Part shown: positions 60,036-64,000 of the stretch, in pieces
Position numbering within the stretch: the first letter of the stretch is position 1
Layout: each line of letters starts with the position of its first letter
Source of the DNA: an uncultured delta proteobacterium
Lineage (GTDB): Bacteria > Desulfobacterota > Binatia > DP-6
Assembly: GCA_963815115.1 (NCBI GenBank)
Contig: CAWFFN010000009.1
Location: forward strand, 1,088,001-1,152,000
DNA: 64,000 bases
Direction: 5' to 3'
Position numbers and translations under genes: made by a program
Notes under the pieces: model-generated
The model's input: only the letters and a program-made list of their open reading frames with translations
What the model was told of the DNA's origin: nothing
Database searches by the model: none

Positions 60036-61340
60036 ATGAGAGGTCATTTCCAGTTCACCGGCGAAGGTTCGCTCCCCGATCCGGCGGCGTCTGTGGTGAG
60101 GCCGCTCACGGTTGCACTTGCGGCCGTCGTCCTCTTGTCCAGCCCTGGGCCGCTGTTGGCCCGGACGCTCGCGGACCAGCTTGCCCATTTCATCACCGAC
60201 AACTCGTTCTTCCTGCAGAACGGCATCGACTTCGACTCACTCACACCGACACTCGAGCGGATCGCGGTGCAAGGCACCAGCCTGCCCGCGACGGCGACCG
60301 TTCCGGACGTGACGTACGTCTATGATCCGGAACTCGGGATTCCGGTCCGCTCGAGTGGAGTTCCCGGCACGGTCTTCCTCGAAAGCGCCGAGACGGTCGG
60401 GCCGCACGCGCTGCTCCTCGGCATGGCGTACCAGCACGCCGACCTCGACCAGCTCGACGGCCAGGATGCGGCTTCGAACCTCGCCTTCACGAACAGCGTC
60501 CCGGCAACCAACACCATGACGGGACAACAGCTCCGGGTGAGGAACCGCTTCGAGTTCAGCCACTTCGCCATCCATCTCGACGACATCAGCTTCTCGGGAA
60601 CCTTTGGCCTGACGAAGGACTGGGACGTCAATGTCCTGCTCCCGCTCCTGCGGACCGAACTCGATGCCAGAGCGACGAGTCAGAATTTCACGGTGTACCC
60701 CCACGAGCGTCCCATCCCGGATCGTCCAGCCAGCCTCCAGCTCCAGGGCGACGCAGTCGGGATCGGAGATGTGCTTCTCCGCACCAAGTACCGGATCGCG
60801 AGGACTCGGCTGATCGATGTGGCAAGCGCCCTCGTGGTCCGCGTTCCGGCGGGCGAGGAGGAAAACTTTCAGGGGCTCGGGGACTGGACGGTGACGCCCC
60901 TCCTCATCCTCTCACACGGGGTCGGCCCCCACGACCTGCACGCCAATCTCGCCATGGAGCTGAACGCGGACAAGCTCGCGCGGAGCCGGGTGCGATACGG
61001 CCTTGGCGCGACGGTACGGATGAAGGACTGGCTTGCGGCCTTCGTCGATCTGATCGGAAGCTCAGGGATCGAGACGGATCGATTCACCGAAAGCGGTACC
61101 GCGCCGCCCGGATCGCGGTTCGCTGGCCCCTTTCAGACGTCCACAGCGACCGCCGCTCCCGACGGGTCCGTGCACGTGGTGACGACGGTCCCGCGAACGG
61201 ACGTTCTCGACCTCGCGGTGGGTCTGAAATTTGCCCTTGTTGGTCGCGCCACCGGATTCGTGAGTGCGATCGTCCCCCTCACCTCGGATGGTCTCCGGGC
61301 TCCGGTGGTGCCCGCCGGCGGTATCGAGTACCTCTTCTAG
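60036..61340 (+). CDS. Outer-membrane beta-barrel, paralog 2
   Basis: Signal peptide; FGLTKDWDVNVLLP, GIGDVLLRTKY, NFQGLGD, terminal GIEYLF; colinear with 49543-50700; start may be ~60093. Confidence 0.8.
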   Translation: MRGHFQFTGEGSLPDPAASVVRPLTVALAAVVLLSSPGPLLARTLADQLAHFITDNSFFLQNGIDFDSLTPTLERIAVQGTSLPATATVPDVTYVYDPELGIPVRSSGVPGTVFLESAETVGPHALLLGMAYQHADLDQLDGQDAASNLAFTNSVPATNTMTGQQLRVRNRFEFSHFAIHLDDISFSGTFGLTKDWDVNVLLPLLRTELDARATSQNFTVYPHERPIPDRPASLQLQGDAVGIGDVLLRTKYRIARTRLIDVASALVVRVPAGEEENFQGLGDWTVTPLLILSHGVGPHDLHANLAMELNADKLARSRVRYGLGATVRMKDWLAAFVDLIGSSGIETDRFTESGTAPPGSRFAGPFQTSTATAAPDGSVHVVTTVPRTDVLDLAVGLKFALVGRATGFVSAIVPLTSDGLRAPVVPAGGIEYLF

Positions 61341-61413
61341 TTCGAAGGCCGACGCCGCGCTGCTTGCAGGAGCGTCCCGACCGACGCTATCGCACCCGTC
61401 CAGGCAACCCTCC

Positions 61414-61515
61414 ATGCGGCGTGCGACCAACAGCCACGAATTTCACGCGGCACCCGTCGGCCGGTACGTGAGCGGGAACGGCTGGGTGCTGTGGTGTACG
61501 GACGGTCGGCTCGGC
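61414..61515 (+). pseudogene. Possible 5' fragment of a myxobacterial-type AraC regulator
   Basis: MRRATNSHEFHAAPVGRYVSGNGWVLWC recalls N-termini of such regulators; resemblance ends after ~33 codons. Confidence 0.3.
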
Positions 61516-61675
61516 CGCTCGCTGGCTGGGCCGGACGGATGCGGATGCTCTCGCACTGGAGAGCCCCGGTCGGCCACGAGGCCGGCTGAGAAGCGGCGCC
61601 CCGCCGGACGCGAGCTCGGCGAAGCCCCGATTCGCTTGCGCGCGCGCTCCCGCTCTGGGACGTTGCGGGTCGCCG

Positions 61676-62884
61676 ATGGCCGTCGCGTACACACCGGACT
61701 TCCCGCCGCCGCTGCACGATCCCGCATTTCATGCCGGCGATCCGTTTCCGGCCTTCCGCCGCCTGCGTGCCGAGTCTCCCGTGCACTGGCACGACACGCC
61801 GGGGTTCTGGGCCGTGACGCGTCACGAGGACGTGCTGGCGGTCTCGCGCGATCCGGCGACGTTCTGCTCGAGTCGCGGGGTGCTCATCAACGACATCGGG
61901 CGGCCGATGCTGCCGCGCGAGTCGATCATCTTCATCGATCCGCCGGAGCACGCGAAGTATCGCAAGCTGGTCCAGCCCGCGTTCAGCCCGGGACGCCTGC
62001 GCGCGCTCGAGGTTCACATCCGCGAGACCGCGCGCGCACTGCTCGGTCGGATGCTCCGCGAGCACGAGCCCGGCGAGGTCGTGGACTTCGTCGACGCGTT
62101 CTCGGTCCAGCTCCCGATGCTGGTCATCGCCGACATGCTCGGCGTGCCGGGCGAGGATCGGGCGCGCTTCCGGGACTGGTCGGACGCGATCATCGATGCC
62201 GCGACCCAGCAGACCCCCGAGAACATGCAGGGGTCGGTCGAGCTGCTGGGCTACTTCTCGTCGGTGGTCGCCGAGCGCCGCGAGCGGCCGGAAGACGACG
62301 TGATCTCGACGCTCGTCCATTCCAGGATCGACGGCGAGCAGCTCGACGAGTTCGACCTGCTGATGTTCTGCATGACGCTCCTGGTGGCCGGGAACGAGAC
62401 CACCAGGAACCTGCTGTCGCACGGCATGCTGGCGCTCGCGACCCATCCCGCCGAGCGCGAGCGGCTCGCCCGCGAGCCATCCCTGATCCCGGGAGCCGTC
62501 GAGGAGATGCTCCGCTGGGGCGCGCCGATCGGGAGCTTCATGCGCACCGCGACGCGCGACACCGTGCTGCGCGGCATGCAGATCCGCGAGGGCGACCGGC
62601 TGCTCATGCTCTACGCCTCGGCGAACCGTGACGAGCAGGTCTTCGGTCCGGACGCCGAGGAGTTCCGCTCCTCCCGCGACGCCAGCGGCCACGTCGCATT
62701 CGGTTACGGCGAGCACTTCTGCCTCGGCTCGGTGCTGGCCCGGATGGAGGGGCGCGTGGCGTTCGAGGAGCTTCTCGGGAGCCTCGCCAGCGTCGAGCTC
62801 GTGGGCCCCGTCGAGCGGCTCCGGTCGGTGAGCATCCGCGGCATCGTGCATCTTCCCCTGGCGCTGCGCGCCTTCCGGCACTGA
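61676..62884 (+). CDS. Cytochrome P450
   Basis: DPPEH, AGNETT, EEMLR, ASANRD, FGYGEHFCLG heme motif. Confidence 0.96.
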   Translation: MAVAYTPDFPPPLHDPAFHAGDPFPAFRRLRAESPVHWHDTPGFWAVTRHEDVLAVSRDPATFCSSRGVLINDIGRPMLPRESIIFIDPPEHAKYRKLVQPAFSPGRLRALEVHIRETARALLGRMLREHEPGEVVDFVDAFSVQLPMLVIADMLGVPGEDRARFRDWSDAIIDAATQQTPENMQGSVELLGYFSSVVAERRERPEDDVISTLVHSRIDGEQLDEFDLLMFCMTLLVAGNETTRNLLSHGMLALATHPAERERLAREPSLIPGAVEEMLRWGAPIGSFMRTATRDTVLRGMQIREGDRLLMLYASANRDEQVFGPDAEEFRSSRDASGHVAFGYGEHFCLGSVLARMEGRVAFEELLGSLASVELVGPVERLRSVSIRGIVHLPLALRAFRH

Positions 62885-62886
62885 CG

Positions 62887-63462
62887 ATGGAGCGCGTCGT
62901 CGCCATGACCGGCATCGGTGGCCAGGGCATCCAGCTCATCGCCAAGGTCCTGGCCGAGGCGGGCATCCGCGAAGGCCGCCAGGTGATGATGTTCGGCATG
63001 TTCGGCGGCATGATCCGGGGCGGCTCGAGCGAGTCGACCGTCGTGCTCGCGGACGACGAGATCGTCTCGCCGCCCATCGTCCCCGAGATCTGGGCGGTCC
63101 TGGCGATGCATGGCGACGGGGTGGCGAAGCTGGCGCCCAAGGTGCTTCCCGGCGGCGTCCTGGTCCGGAACGCGACGATGGTGTCGCCGCCGTCGGGCTG
63201 GGCGGCCGTGCGCGACGTCGCGATCCCGGCCACCGATCTCGCCAAGTCGATGGGCCAGCCGCTCGGAGCGGGGATGATCGCGCTCGGTGCGCTGGTGGCG
63301 GCCACCGGCATCGTCGCGCCGCCGTCCCTCGTCGACGCGCTCGCCGGCGTCCTGCCCCCGCACCGCCGGAAGCACATCGCCGCCAACCGCGAGTGTCTCG
63401 AGCGCGGAGCGGCCTGGGTCGAGGAGCAGGGCGCGCCGCGCGCCGCCGGCGCGTGGAGCTAG
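62887..63462 (+). CDS. 2-oxoacid:acceptor oxidoreductase gamma-subunit family protein
   Basis: MTGIGGQGIQL, MIRGGSSESTVV, IPATDLA, MIALGAL, IAANRECLERG. Confidence 0.85.
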   Translation: MERVVAMTGIGGQGIQLIAKVLAEAGIREGRQVMMFGMFGGMIRGGSSESTVVLADDEIVSPPIVPEIWAVLAMHGDGVAKLAPKVLPGGVLVRNATMVSPPSGWAAVRDVAIPATDLAKSMGQPLGAGMIALGALVAATGIVAPPSLVDALAGVLPPHRRKHIAANRECLERGAAWVEEQGAPRAAGAWS

Positions 63463-64000
63463 CCGGCTCCGGCCCCGGCGACGCGACGGCAGACCAGCAG
63501 GATCTCCCCGACGTTCGCCGGATCGATCATGCCCGGCGTGAGAGCGAGCGGACGCTGCAGGCGAAGCCCGAGAGGCATCAGGAAGGCGTTGTACCAGCGC
63601 ATCGCCTGCTCGCGGCGGTGCTCGAGTGCCCAGGCCGCGAGCCGGAGCAGCAATCGACTCTTCGGCTCCATGCCGAAGGTCGCGCTGCGCTCGAGAACGA
63701 GGTCGTTGGCGCGCAGCATGTCCAGGAGCGCGCCCGGCTCGTAGCGGCGCACGTGTCCCACCAGGTCGTCGAACGGGCTCCATCGCTCCGGATCGAGCGG
63801 CACGGCGAACACGATCGTCGCGCCCGCTCGCGTCACGCGGCGGAGCTCGCGCAGGATCTGCCGATCGTCGTCCACGTGCTCGACGATGTCGAAGGCGCAT
63901 GCCAGATCGAAGACGCCATCACGAAAGGGCAGCGCGGTGGTGTCGGACTGCATGGGCAAGCCCCCGCGCGCGCCGAGCTGCGCCAGCGCCTCGCGGCTGA
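63459..64000 (-). CDS. Class I SAM methyltransferase (5' end beyond window)
   Basis: DTTALPFRDGVFDL...DIVEHVDDD...ELRRV, WSPFDDLVGHVRRY. Confidence 0.85.
   Translation of the reverse strand, partial: SREALAQLGARGGLPMQSDTTALPFRDGVFDLACAFDIVEHVDDDRQILRELRRVTRAGATIVFAVPLDPERWSPFDDLVGHVRRYEPGALLDMLRANDLVLERSATFGMEPKSRLLLRLAAWALEHRREQAMRWYNAFLMPLGLRLQRPLALTPGMIDPANVGEILLVCRRVAGAGAG

Noticed and set aside
2647-62881. Many long antisense or alternate-frame ORFs (e.g. 2647-5085 +, 9613-12168 -, 18001-21174 -, the 5' part of 40813-44346 +, 61337-62881 -)
   Set aside because: Arg/Ala/Gly-rich shadow frames expected at this GC content, overlapping well-supported genes

Overview
A very GC-rich bacterial genome segment. 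The gene content (many CoA-dependent lipid/aromatic catabolic enzymes, a YCF48-MMPL/RND-DUF1329 locus, many Cys-rich secreted proteins) resembles Candidatus Binatia/deltaproteobacterial soil lineages; this is inference only. The backbone carries a CoA transferase, two enoyl-CoA hydratases, a BVMO-esterase fusion, two acyl-CoA ligases, an acyl-CoA dehydrogenase, a thiolase, an HMG-CoA-synthase-like/DUF35 fusion, pdxR-pdxS-pdxT, a MATE transporter and a P450. Four accessory blocks interrupt it: (i) 2.9-12.5 kb, three secreted proteins, two with a duplicated ~130-bp upstream element, divergent from a STAND ATPase regulator; (ii) 26.5-28.4 kb, an exosortase E/CAAX protease with a tiny Trp-rich TPEID cargo; (iii) 33-40.8 kb, gene debris with a 31-bp direct repeat and an IS256 remnant; (iv) 46.6-61.5 kb, partly lower GC, with two paralogous outer-membrane beta-barrels, a TIR-TM-periplasmic receptor and large secreted Cys-rich proteins, one with disintegrin-like repeats. 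Best candidates for an undescribed system: the TIR receptor/beta-barrel/secreted-protein module, and a basic helical C-terminal domain shared by unrelated secreted proteins. Four genes each carry a single extra base, probably sequencing error. No rRNA, tRNA or CRISPR array was seen. Family calls come from motif recognition by eye; no searches were run.
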